A stretch of 64,000 nucleotides of DNA from Thermomicrobiales bacterium. Its GTDB lineage: Bacteria > Chloroflexota > Chloroflexia > Thermomicrobiales > UBA6265. Each line of letters begins with the position of its first letter. Position 1 is the first letter of the stretch. The stretch lies in the NCBI GenBank assembly GCA_034431475.1, contig DAOUDE010000074.1, forward strand, positions 31,348 through 95,347, in the 5' to 3' direction. Under the pieces are notes generated by a model. The model worked only from the letters and a program-made list of their open reading frames with translations, did no database searches and was not told where the DNA came from. Of the stretch, positions 43,679 to 52,420 are shown in pieces. The position numbers and the translations under genes are program-made.

Positions 43679-44878
43679 ATGGGAGACACATTCGGCGGCG
43701 CAGTCATTCTTGGCGGAGCCCGTACGCCTTTCGGCAAGCTCGGCGGCGCGCTGGCGGACCTCTCAGCAATCGAACTCGGCGTCATCGCTGCAAAAGCCGC
43801 AATCGAACGCTCCACGATTTCGGCCAGCGACATTGAAGAGACAATCTTCGGCCAGGTACTCCAGGGAGGGGCCGGCCAGAACCCTGCTCGCCAGGTTGCA
43901 CTCGGCGCAGGCGTCGGCGTTGATCGTCCGGCTGAGACCATTAATCGCGTCTGTGGCTCTGGCATGCGCGCGGTCACACTGGCCGATGCCCTGATCCGCA
44001 TCGGGGACTATCGCGTCATCCTCGCCGGCGGCATGGAGAGTATGTCCAACGCGCCGTACATCTTGCGGAAGGCGCGATTTGGAATGCGCATGGGCGATGG
44101 CTCGGTCGAAGACATGATGATCGGCGATGGCCTGCAGTGCGCCGTTGCGGGATGCCACATGGGCATCCACGGCGGCGCCGTCGCGGAGGAAGAGGGTGTC
44201 AGCCGGGAGGAGCAGGACGCTTGGGCCCTGCGGTCGCATCAACACGCGCTTGCCGCGCAGGATGCCGGCCTCCTTGCCCGCGAGATCGTACCGGTCACGA
44301 TTCCCGGCCGCAAGGGCAATACCGTCGTTGAACAGGACGAGGCTCCGCGCCGCGACACGAGCGAAGAGGCGTTGGCGCGACTCAAGCCCGCCTTTGACCC
44401 ACATGGCACCGTGACGGCTGGCAATGCGCCTGGCGTCAACGACGGTGCGGCCGCCATGGTCGTCACCAATGCCGACTGGGCGACGGCGCAGGGACTCTCG
44501 CCACGCGCCCGCATCCTTGCCCACGGCGAGGCAGCCTGGGATGTTCCCTACCTTGCCTACACCCCGGCGATGGCCGCCCAGAAGGCCCTCGAGAAAATTG
44601 GCATGACCCCTGCGGACGTCGATCTCTGGGAGATCAACGAGGCATTTGCCAGTGTTCCCATGATCTCGGCGAATCGACTGGGCATCTCCGTCGACAAGGT
44701 GAACGTCAACGGCGGTGCGATCGCCCTGGGCCACCCAATTGGCGCCAGCGGGGCCCGCATCATCCTGTCGCTCATTGAAGAATTGCGGCGGCGCGGCGGT
44801 GGCCTCGGGGTGGCCGCCATCTGCTCCGGCGGCGGTGGTGGCGATGCCATTGTGCTCGACGTTGCGGGCGCAGCGTGA
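43679..44878 (+). CDS. acetyl-CoA C-acetyltransferase (thiolase)
   Basis: 399 aa; GGARTPFGK, active-site NRVCGSGMRAV, C-terminal NVNGGAIALGHPIGASGARI and AAICSGGGGG. Confidence 0.95.
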   Translation: MGDTFGGAVILGGARTPFGKLGGALADLSAIELGVIAAKAAIERSTISASDIEETIFGQVLQGGAGQNPARQVALGAGVGVDRPAETINRVCGSGMRAVTLADALIRIGDYRVILAGGMESMSNAPYILRKARFGMRMGDGSVEDMMIGDGLQCAVAGCHMGIHGGAVAEEEGVSREEQDAWALRSHQHALAAQDAGLLAREIVPVTIPGRKGNTVVEQDEAPRRDTSEEALARLKPAFDPHGTVTAGNAPGVNDGAAAMVVTNADWATAQGLSPRARILAHGEAAWDVPYLAYTPAMAAQKALEKIGMTPADVDLWEINEAFASVPMISANRLGISVDKVNVNGGAIALGHPIGASGARIILSLIEELRRRGGGLGVAAICSGGGGGDAIVLDVAGAA

Positions 44879-45432
44879 GCGAGCCGCGCATCCTGCCCTT
44901 TCGGGGCGTGTGGCCGCGGATCGCATCTGGCGTTTACCTTGCGCCAGGCTGCGCGGTTATCGGTGATGTCGAGATTGGCCCGCACTCCAGCGTCTGGTTC
45001 AACGCCGTTTTGCGCGGTGATGTCGCGCCCATTCGCATCGGCCAGCGCTCGAACGTGCAGGACAACGCCGTACTCCACTTGGACGCAGGCACACCCTGCA
45101 TCGTCGGTGACGAAGTCACGATCGGCCACAGCGCAATTGTCCACGGCACGTCCGTGGGAGATGGCGTAACCATTGGCATGGGCGCCGTCGTGCTCTCTCG
45201 CTCCACCATCGGCCAGGAGGCTATCGTTGCTGCCGCCGCGCTGGTCCCGGAAGACGCAGTGGTCCCGCCCGGTGCGCTAGTGATGGGTGTACCGGCACGC
45301 GAGAAGCGGCAATTGACAGCCGAAGAACGATCCAACTCCCGCGAGAATGCGGCGCGCTACGTGCGCAACGCCGCGCTGTACATGCAGGTGGCGCTCGACG
45401 TGAGCGACGAAAGGCGTGACCGTGACCGTTGA
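44875..45432 (+). CDS. gamma-carbonic-anhydrase-like / PaaY-like hexapeptide-repeat protein
   Basis: 185 aa; VWFNAVLRGDVAPIRIGQRSNVQDNAVLH and left-handed beta-helix repeats. ATGA-type overlap with the thiolase gene. Confidence 0.9.
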   Translation: MSEPRILPFRGVWPRIASGVYLAPGCAVIGDVEIGPHSSVWFNAVLRGDVAPIRIGQRSNVQDNAVLHLDAGTPCIVGDEVTIGHSAIVHGTSVGDGVTIGMGAVVLSRSTIGQEAIVAAAALVPEDAVVPPGALVMGVPAREKRQLTAEERSNSRENAARYVRNAALYMQVALDVSDERRDRDR

Positions 45433-46222
45433 CTTGCGCATCGACGAGGGGATCGCGACGATTACGTTGAACCGGCCGCAGGCCCTCAACGCGTTCAACT
45501 CGGAGCAACTCGACCTGCTCGTGAACGTCATTCGTGACGTCGCGCGCCACCCCAATGTGCGCGTTGCCATACTCACCGGCGCGGGCGAACGCGCTTTTGC
45601 CGCGGGCGCGGACATCAAGGAGATGGTCGGACTTGATCCTGAAGCGGGCCTCGCCTTCGGCCGGCGTGGCCACGCCGCCGCGAACGCGCTCGAGTCCATG
45701 CCGCAGCCGGTCATTGCCGCCGTCAACGGCTTCGCGTTCGGCGGTGGCTGCGAACTCGCCCTCGCGTGCGATATCCGGCTGGCGTCGGAAAACGCGCGCT
45801 TCGCGCAACCGGAGGTCGGCCTGGGCATCCCGCCCGGCTGGGGCGGCTCCCAGCGCCTACCGCGCCTGGTCGGTCCCGGGATCGCATCCGAGTTGATCCT
45901 GACGGGTCGTCATGTGTTCGCGGACGAAGCGCTCCGCATTGGCCTTGTCAACGCCGTTCACCCGCTGGATCAATTGTTGCCTGCCGCGCAGGACATGGCC
46001 CGCACTATCGCGAAGAACAGCCCTCGCGCCGTCCGGTCCGCGAAAGCGCTCATGAAACTCGCCTTCCAGGGCGCGCCTGGCGCAGGCCTCGATGCCGAAG
46101 CACGCGCCTTTGGCGCGGCGTTCCAAACAGCCGATCAGCGCGAAGGCATGACCGCTTTCGTGGAAAAGCGGCCGGCGCAGTTCCAGGACCAGGTCACGCT
46201 ACGGAAAGACGAGCGACGTTAG
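45416..46222 (+). CDS. enoyl-CoA hydratase/isomerase (crotonase family)
   Basis: 268 aa; ITLNRPQALNAF, GAGERAFAAGADIKEM, AAVNGFAFGGGCELALACDIRLA. Confidence 0.93.
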   Translation: MTVTVDLRIDEGIATITLNRPQALNAFNSEQLDLLVNVIRDVARHPNVRVAILTGAGERAFAAGADIKEMVGLDPEAGLAFGRRGHAAANALESMPQPVIAAVNGFAFGGGCELALACDIRLASENARFAQPEVGLGIPPGWGGSQRLPRLVGPGIASELILTGRHVFADEALRIGLVNAVHPLDQLLPAAQDMARTIAKNSPRAVRSAKALMKLAFQGAPGAGLDAEARAFGAAFQTADQREGMTAFVEKRPAQFQDQVTLRKDERR

Positions 46223-46594
46223 CCGTCCGCGAAGTTCGTGGGTGGCAGGATCGTAGCGACTCGCGTAAATGCCGTTCTGCCTTCCGTCCAGGGGCAGCGA
46301 CACGAGCGAAATCGCTGATGACTCAACGATCTCTCCCCCTTCCAGAACCTCGATCAGCATGTCCGCCGAATCAATCGCGTGCGAACTGTCGTTGCTGACA
46401 ACGTACGGAATGAAATAGGTCCCGGAGTGAAAGCTCGCCCGCCCCGTATCAAAGATCAGGTTCACGTTGGCCGGGTCGGCTTCCCGGCGCTGCCGTTCCT
46501 GCCCAAGTGCGTACGCGACAAGCCCGGCCACTACCAGGATGCTCAGGGCCGTGATGACGGCTTCAGGAAAAGACGAGCGGGTCGTCCCCTGCAT
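46199..46594 (-). CDS. single-pass membrane hypothetical protein (architecture like TIGR02588)
   Basis: ORF 46199..46942 trimmed to MQGTTRSSFPEAVITALSILVVAGLVAYAL (131 aa). Starts 2 nt after the upstream gene's stop. Confidence 0.5.
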   Translation of the reverse strand: MQGTTRSSFPEAVITALSILVVAGLVAYALGQERQRREADPANVNLIFDTGRASFHSGTYFIPYVVSNDSSHAIDSADMLIEVLEGGEIVESSAISLVSLPLDGRQNGIYASRYDPATHELRGRLTSLVFP

Positions 46595-46596
46595 AA

Positions 46597-47493
46597 CTAC
46601 ACCGCCAGCCGGCCGGCCGAAGCCGCCATCGACGCCGGAAATGCCAACAATACCGTCTTGGTGTACATCTCCAACCACGCCATACTCGCGCCGATCCGCC
46701 CGAAGATCCACAGGACGCAGAATGCGACGACGAGCGCAATGCAGTAGGCAACGACTGTCTCGGAAAAGGCGTTGAGGCCCGGCGCGGTCCTCGCATGCCG
46801 CTTCCGTTCGCCGCTGAAACCGGCGGCGAACACGACGGTGTACGAGACGAGGAGCGACAACAGGATTACCAGCGGCAAATGCGTCAACGGTGTGGCCGTG
46901 GCGATGTCGTTGAGGTCTCCCACTGGCACGATCGCGAGGCACAGGAAGAGCGCGCCTGCAAAGGCCGCTGCCAGCTCAAGGAGCTTGCGCTGCGTGCCGG
47001 AGAGGCGTCCGTGCATGCGAACCGAAGATGCATCGCCTGGGTCTGGTGCATAACGGGAGGCGTCCATCGGCAGCAGGTGATTGGCGATGGCGACGCCCAG
47101 CGCGACTGGGGCCACCGCCACGGCTATCCTGCCCAGCGCCACGGTGCCGGGCTGGTCGTCCCCAATCTGTCCCAACGCCGAAAAGATCACGATCAGCGAG
47201 AGAATCGCGATGGCGAGCGCTTGCAAAGCGTCAACTGCGTGGTCGATGCCTCGCCGTTCAGCCTGGTGGAATCCGATCCAGAACACTGCCGCCCAGGTCA
47301 GGAAGAATGCGAAAACCAGCAACCAGAGAGCATCGACCGGGCCCATCTGCTCACCAAGCCACCACGAATCCACCGTGAACACCGTCGGGATCCCGACCAG
47401 GAAGCCGCTGGCCATACCGCGCAAGGCGTCATCGAGGTAGTCCGACCATGTAGTCCGCTTCCGCTGCGAACGAGGTCGTTCTATTCCAGCCAC
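46597..47493 (-). CDS. polytopic integral membrane hypothetical protein (architecture like TIGR02587)
   Basis: 298 aa, about 7 hydrophobic segments, high GC3. Paired with the 131-aa gene. Confidence 0.55.
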   Translation of the reverse strand: MAGIERPRSQRKRTTWSDYLDDALRGMASGFLVGIPTVFTVDSWWLGEQMGPVDALWLLVFAFFLTWAAVFWIGFHQAERRGIDHAVDALQALAIAILSLIVIFSALGQIGDDQPGTVALGRIAVAVAPVALGVAIANHLLPMDASRYAPDPGDASSVRMHGRLSGTQRKLLELAAAFAGALFLCLAIVPVGDLNDIATATPLTHLPLVILLSLLVSYTVVFAAGFSGERKRHARTAPGLNAFSETVVAYCIALVVAFCVLWIFGRIGASMAWLEMYTKTVLLAFPASMAASAGRLAV

Positions 47494-47640
47494 GGCATCC
47501 TCTCTGCAAGCTCCCTCCCAGCATCATAGCGCCCTGCAACCAGAATCGGGCAACGGATGAGGTTCTGGCGAAGAAAGGTGGTCCGGTATAGTTGCCGGGT
47601 TTGGGAAACACCTCACTTCAGCCGGGAAGGGCAAACAGCG

Positions 47641-48378
47641 ATGCGGTTCGAAGGGCAAACGGCGATCGTCACCGGGGCGGCTCGCGGTATCGGCGCGGCC
47701 ATCGCGCAACGCCTGGCCAGCGAAGGGGCCTCCGTCATGATCGCGGATATCGATCAAGGGGCCGCCACGGAGACGGCGGCAGCCATTGGTGATCGCGCGG
47801 TCGGTCAGCAGCTCGATGTCACGGAGCCAGTCTCCTGGGACGCCGCCGTGCGCAGCGCCATTGACCGCTGGGGCCGGGTTGATGCGCTCGTCAACAATGC
47901 CGGCATTGCCGGCCGCTCCGCGCCAATCTGGGAGCTTGCCATCGATGAGTGGCAACAGGTCGTGGATATTGACCTCACTGGCGTCTTCCTGGGTTGCCGG
48001 GCCGTCATCCCCACCATGATCGAAACGGGCTACGGACGCATCGTGAACATCGCCTCCATTGCCGGCAAGGAGGGCAATCCGAACGCTGTACCGTACTCCG
48101 CCTCCAAGGCCGGCGTCATTGGCCTGACCAAGGCCGTCGCCAAGGAAGTGGCAACCAAGGGCATCTTGGTCAACTCGGTGGCTCCGGCCGTCATTGAAAC
48201 CCCGATCCTGCAGCAGGTCTCCGAGGAACACATTGCCTACATGACCAGCCGCATCCCTATGGGCCGCATTGGCAAACCGCATGAGGTCGCGGCGCTGGTT
48301 GCCTTCCTTTGTTCGAACGACCTGTCGTTCTCGACCGGGGCCGTCTACGACATCTCCGGAGGCCGCGCCACGTACTAG
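47641..48378 (+). CDS. SDR family oxidoreductase (3-oxoacyl-ACP reductase / 3-hydroxyacyl dehydrogenase-like)
   Basis: Trimmed to MRFEGQTAIVTGAARGIGAAIA (ATG 47641). NNAG, and YSASKAGVIGLTKA catalytic YxxxK. Confidence 0.93.
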   Translation: MRFEGQTAIVTGAARGIGAAIAQRLASEGASVMIADIDQGAATETAAAIGDRAVGQQLDVTEPVSWDAAVRSAIDRWGRVDALVNNAGIAGRSAPIWELAIDEWQQVVDIDLTGVFLGCRAVIPTMIETGYGRIVNIASIAGKEGNPNAVPYSASKAGVIGLTKAVAKEVATKGILVNSVAPAVIETPILQQVSEEHIAYMTSRIPMGRIGKPHEVAALVAFLCSNDLSFSTGAVYDISGGRATY

Positions 48379-49211
48379 TGGGCCGCAGTTTCTCGCAGCA
48401 TGAGGGCAATCGCGGCGAGAGACTGCTCGGAACCAGGTCCAATGAACACATCGTGCCGGGAGCCGTGGACTATCTGGACGCGAGCTCCCGGCGGCGCCTG
48501 GGCCAATCGTGCCGCGATTTCCGGTGTTATCTCGCCCCGGTGACCGCGCAAGACCAGAATCGGGCAGGCCACCTGCTCGAGCAGCGCCCAGTCCGAGCGC
48601 GGCATGCACGCATCCTCGATGCGCGCGACGAGGTCGAGGTTGTGCCGCCAACGAAGGCTGCCGTCGTCGAGTGATTCGAGATCAACCGGGATATCGTTAC
48701 GGGCGCGGTCGATCGGCAGGCCCATATCCTCCTCATAAAAGCGCTCGGCTTCCCGAAGCGAGGGGAACTCCCGCGGCAGCGCGGCCATTCGCTCGCGTAC
48801 GCGCCGCGCGCGAGCGTCACTGATCTCGGGAGAGGTGTCTCCCAGCACCAGCCCGGCAACAAGATCGGGACGTGCTGCCGCAAGGTGGTAAGCCACGACG
48901 CCACCATGTTTTCGCCCGATGACCACCGCCGGACCAACGCCCAACTCATCCAGCAGCGCTGCGACATCTGCCGCCATGGTGGCCGGGTCGTAGCCATCCG
49001 CTGGCTGGTCGGTACCGCCCCGCCCTCGCAGGTCTGGCACGATGACCTCGCTCTGCGCGGAAATCAACTCAGCCAGGTAGGACATCCCCTCCCCGGCCTG
49101 CAGGACTCCGTGCAGAATAACCACCGGCAGAAATCGCTGCCCGGGTGGCCCGGCCCACCGCCGATACGCCTGGTCGAGTCCACCCGCCCGGATGCGGTCT
49201 GCCTTCACCAT
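48375..49211 (-). CDS. alpha/beta hydrolase
   Basis: Trimmed to MVKADRIRAGG (ATG 49209-49211). HGVLQAG and VVIGRKHGGVVA (nucleophile-elbow position). Confidence 0.8.
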   Translation of the reverse strand: MVKADRIRAGGLDQAYRRWAGPPGQRFLPVVILHGVLQAGEGMSYLAELISAQSEVIVPDLRGRGGTDQPADGYDPATMAADVAALLDELGVGPAVVIGRKHGGVVAYHLAAARPDLVAGLVLGDTSPEISDARARRVRERMAALPREFPSLREAERFYEEDMGLPIDRARNDIPVDLESLDDGSLRWRHNLDLVARIEDACMPRSDWALLEQVACPILVLRGHRGEITPEIAARLAQAPPGARVQIVHGSRHDVFIGPGSEQSLAAIALMLRETAAH

Positions 49212-49219
49212 CTTCACAG

Positions 49220-50122
49220 TCAGGTTCTCCGATAGATGCGCAGTGCGTCGGCAAGTAATTGCGTCGTCCGGTTGCTCTCTGGCATGTACCAGACCAGGAG
49301 GTGGGACACACCCTGTTCCTCGAACCTGACCCACTCCTCTGCCAGGTCCGCCGGGTCCCTGAACGTGAATCGCTCGATCCCACCGGGAAATTCCACACCC
49401 CCCGCCACTTCGGAGAAGGTCACGAGTTGGCCAACGGTCAGGTCGATGGAGGCCGGGTCCCGGCCAGCATCGGCAAGTGCTTCATGGAACTTGCCCACTT
49501 TGTCCGGGAGTTCCGCTGCGCGGCCCAGCCAGCAGGCGTTCCAGGCATCTGCCTCGCGCGCGGCCAGACGGAGCAACCGGGGCCCCTGCGTCCCCATGAG
49601 GACTGGCGGACCACCCGGCCGTGGCCCGCGCGGCTCGTTGATGCAGTTTGGGGCTCGCTCATACGTGCCCGTGAAGTCCACCTGCCCCTCGCGGAGAAGC
49701 GGCAGGATGATCGCCATTGCCTCCTCGAAACGGCTGGCGAGATGATCGAACGGGTACCCGAAGGCGTCAAACTCGGGTTTATGCCACCCGGCGCCCACCC
49801 CGAAGATGAACCGTCCGTCGCTGACCTCGTCGAGGGCCGAGGCCATTTTCGCCAGCAGTGCCGGGTTGCGGAAAGCCGTGCAAATCACGAGCGCGCCAAG
49901 TTCCACGCGCTCTGTCGCTTCGGCGAGCGCGGCCAGGAGGGTCAGGCCTTCCCACACCCCCGACGGTGGATCGTCATTCCATTGGAACAGCAGGTGATCT
50001 GAGACCCAGATCGAATCGAACCCGTCGGTCTCGGCCTGCAGCGCCACCTCGCGGATTGCACGGTATCGCGGCGTCGCCCCGTCGTCAGCGACTGCCTGCG
50101 GGAGCGTGAGACCAATCTTCAT
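49220..50122 (-). CDS. LLM-class (luciferase-like) flavin/F420-dependent oxidoreductase
   Basis: MKIGLTLPQ... with GAGGA 4 nt upstream of ATG 50120-50122. DSIWVSDHLLF and FIFGVGAGW motifs. Confidence 0.87.
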   Translation of the reverse strand: MKIGLTLPQAVADDGATPRYRAIREVALQAETDGFDSIWVSDHLLFQWNDDPPSGVWEGLTLLAALAEATERVELGALVICTAFRNPALLAKMASALDEVSDGRFIFGVGAGWHKPEFDAFGYPFDHLASRFEEAMAIILPLLREGQVDFTGTYERAPNCINEPRGPRPGGPPVLMGTQGPRLLRLAAREADAWNACWLGRAAELPDKVGKFHEALADAGRDPASIDLTVGQLVTFSEVAGGVEFPGGIERFTFRDPADLAEEWVRFEEQGVSHLLVWYMPESNRTTQLLADALRIYRRT

Positions 50123-50257
50123 GCATTCCTCTTTCTGCACGCCGCTCGCTGTCTCTCAGCGAATTGGCGACCAGAACGCTTCCAGTGGCGATCAGGGTAC
50201 AATCCGGACGAGTTCGCGGGCGCTCCGCTCGCGCTTTTCCGGCTTCAACCGTTCGAA

Positions 50258-50686
50258 ATGGTGATCAGGGGAGCTATGGCAGGGCCCTTCGGCAAAGGAC
50301 GCGACGCCCAGGAGACAATGCTTGCGACGGTGACCAGCAGGAGCCCGGTGACCGGCGGCTGGCGATTCTCCCTCAAGGGGTCGCCACGCCAGTACGACGA
50401 CGTGCGCCGCATCATCGAAAGCGATGCGGGGGCGCAGGTCTATTTCGGGGAAGCCCTCACCTACGAACGCGGTGCTGCCGTCGCCCTGTGGCGGGTGCAA
50501 GCGACCAGCTTCTCGTGGCTCCCCGCGTTGTACGACTGGTGGGCTGATGTCGAACGCATCGAACCTGTACGCGTGACCTTCTACCTGTACATTCCCCCGG
50601 AACTGAAGTACCCGGCCATGGACCTGCGGGAGCACACGCCCGCTGAAGTCGAGGCGTTCATCAGGCAGAACGCGCCCAGGGCCTGA
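50258..50686 (+). CDS. hypothetical protein
   Basis: 142 aa (136 aa from ATG 50276). GC3 is clearly higher than in the overlapping antisense ORF. No motif recognised. Confidence 0.55.
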   Translation: MVIRGAMAGPFGKGRDAQETMLATVTSRSPVTGGWRFSLKGSPRQYDDVRRIIESDAGAQVYFGEALTYERGAAVALWRVQATSFSWLPALYDWWADVERIEPVRVTFYLYIPPELKYPAMDLREHTPAEVEAFIRQNAPRA

Positions 50687-50703
50687 ACTCCGCATCAAAT
50701 ACG

Positions 50704-50735
50704 AACCGCCGCTGCGAGTGATCGCAGCGGCGGTT
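50704..50735. terminator. bidirectional hairpin between convergent hypothetical genes
   Basis: AACCGCCGCTGCGA-GTGA-TCGCAGCGGCGGTT (14-bp stem). Confidence 0.7.
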
Positions 50736-50755
50736 TGCATTGACCATGACGGAAG

Positions 50756-51052
50756 CTAGTCCGCGCTGAGAGCGGCCGGCCTTGCCTCTTGCAGGCTCGC
50801 CTCTTCCGCGGTTGCCAGCGCCTCGAGTCGTTCCGGATGCGCTTTCCAGCAGTCTGGTACCGCGTCGGTGGCACGACACAGCGCCACCTCATCTTCACCG
50901 TGGAGGGCCCAACCCAGCGAACACCGGTACACCGGTTCGGCCCGCCCACGCAAGGGTCCGCAATGCGCTCGCACCAGCATCGGACACCCGAAACGCCCCG
51001 GCTCCGCCGTCGCCTCTTCCGCAAGGAAGAGCGAGCGTCGCTCGCGGCTCAT
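50756..51052 (-). CDS. small Cys-containing hypothetical protein
   Basis: ORF 50756..51436 trimmed to MSRERRSLFLAEE... (98 aa; ATG 51050-51052). Five Cys (GCPMLVRAHCGP...YRCSLGW...ALCRATDAVPDCW). Confidence 0.45.
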   Translation of the reverse strand: MSRERRSLFLAEEATAEPGRFGCPMLVRAHCGPLRGRAEPVYRCSLGWALHGEDEVALCRATDAVPDCWKAHPERLEALATAEEASLQEARPAALSAD

Positions 51053-51168
51053 AGAGTGATTTGTCCTTTCCGCAGTTGCAAACAATGCAACTACGCCGTC
51101 CCTGGACCCACAGTCGAGCCCATCCGGAGTATACGCCCCTCCGCACCTCCTCCAGGAATCGAACGCAG

Positions 51169-52317
51169 TCATCGCCGCATTCTGGACGCTCCGACCGCAC
51201 CGGCACAGGCTATCGAAAGCGCCCCAAGTACCCAGAATGGCGCTTCGACTCCTGCAACATCTGCGATCACTCCGGCGGCCGCCGGTCCAACGACCATGCC
51301 GATGTCGCTGGACAATCGCACAGCGCCCACGGCCTTCCCGCCGCCGCCACCTTTTCTGAGGATGAGATCCCCGGCGGAACTGTTGCCTGCGACCTGTCCC
51401 ATCGCGTACAGGGCGACCGGGCCGGCGAAGACCCACGGCGAATCAGCCATCGGTGCAAGCATCAGACCCAGCCCGGCGAGGCCAAACCCCATCGCGAGGG
51501 CGATCGGCGCGCCGGCCAGGCTGATCACCCGGCCAAACGGGACGGCGGCGCCCAGGTGCACCAGGTTGACGAACAACAAGACCAACCCTACATCGGTCGC
51601 GTTCAACCCAAATTTCTCAGCCGAAAGGAGCGGAATCCCCAGCACCCAGATGGCATAGTTGATGAACACCACAAAATTTGCCGCGATCGCGAACCACAAG
51701 GTGCCGCGCGTGGCAGCCGGAGCAGCATCCCGATCTGCTCCACCAACCGCCCGCACCTCCACTTCCTGCGATCTCGCAAGGATCGCCAGCAGCAGCAGAA
51801 TCGCCGAAATACCCGCCGATACCCAGAACACCGCGCGCCAGCCGACCGTGCTGGAGAGAAAACCGCCCAGCAGCAGCGCAGCACCGCCGCCCGCCCCGGT
51901 GGAGAGGTTGAACGTCGTCATGGCCGCCCCGCCGCCGGGCAGCAAGCGCAGGACCGAGAGCAGGCCAGCCGTGGCAAGCAGCGCCACACCTGCTCCCTGG
52001 ACACCGCGCGCCGGGAGCAACGTTGCTTCAGTTTGGGCGACGGCGACCAGAACCGAGCCCGCCAACAGAATGGCCGCGCCAAGGCCGGCAGTCAGGCGAG
52101 GGCCGCTGCGGTCGACAAGCCACGCCGCCGGGAGGTTGGTGAGGAGGCGTCCGCCGAAAAACACGGAGAAAATGAGCCCCGCAGTGGTCGCTGACAGGTT
52201 CAGCGAATCCCTGATCGTTGGAACGGTTGGCGAAACGAAATCGACACACCAATAGGCAAAGAACAGGATGAGCACGGCAAACGGGAGTGGCAGTGCCGGT
52301 GCCGGTCTGGTTGACAT
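51169..52317 (-). CDS. MFS transporter
   Basis: About 12 TM segments; GRLLTNLPAAWLVDRSGPR loop motif. Start placed at ATG 52315-52317, because GTG 52350 would leave only 4 nt to the divergent gene. Confidence 0.85.
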   Translation of the reverse strand: MSTRPAPALPLPFAVLILFFAYWCVDFVSPTVPTIRDSLNLSATTAGLIFSVFFGGRLLTNLPAAWLVDRSGPRLTAGLGAAILLAGSVLVAVAQTEATLLPARGVQGAGVALLATAGLLSVLRLLPGGGAAMTTFNLSTGAGGGAALLLGGFLSSTVGWRAVFWVSAGISAILLLLAILARSQEVEVRAVGGADRDAAPAATRGTLWFAIAANFVVFINYAIWVLGIPLLSAEKFGLNATDVGLVLLFVNLVHLGAAVPFGRVISLAGAPIALAMGFGLAGLGLMLAPMADSPWVFAGPVALYAMGQVAGNSSAGDLILRKGGGGGKAVGAVRLSSDIGMVVGPAAAGVIADVAGVEAPFWVLGALSIACAGAVGASRMRR

Positions 52318-52420
52318 GCTGCGCGCCGCGCCTCCGTAAAACGGTTCCACTCAAATGAGCTCGAACGTGGCGCAGCATACCCTCGGTCTGGTCTCGACTC
52401 TCCGGCGCTATGCTTCGCCC

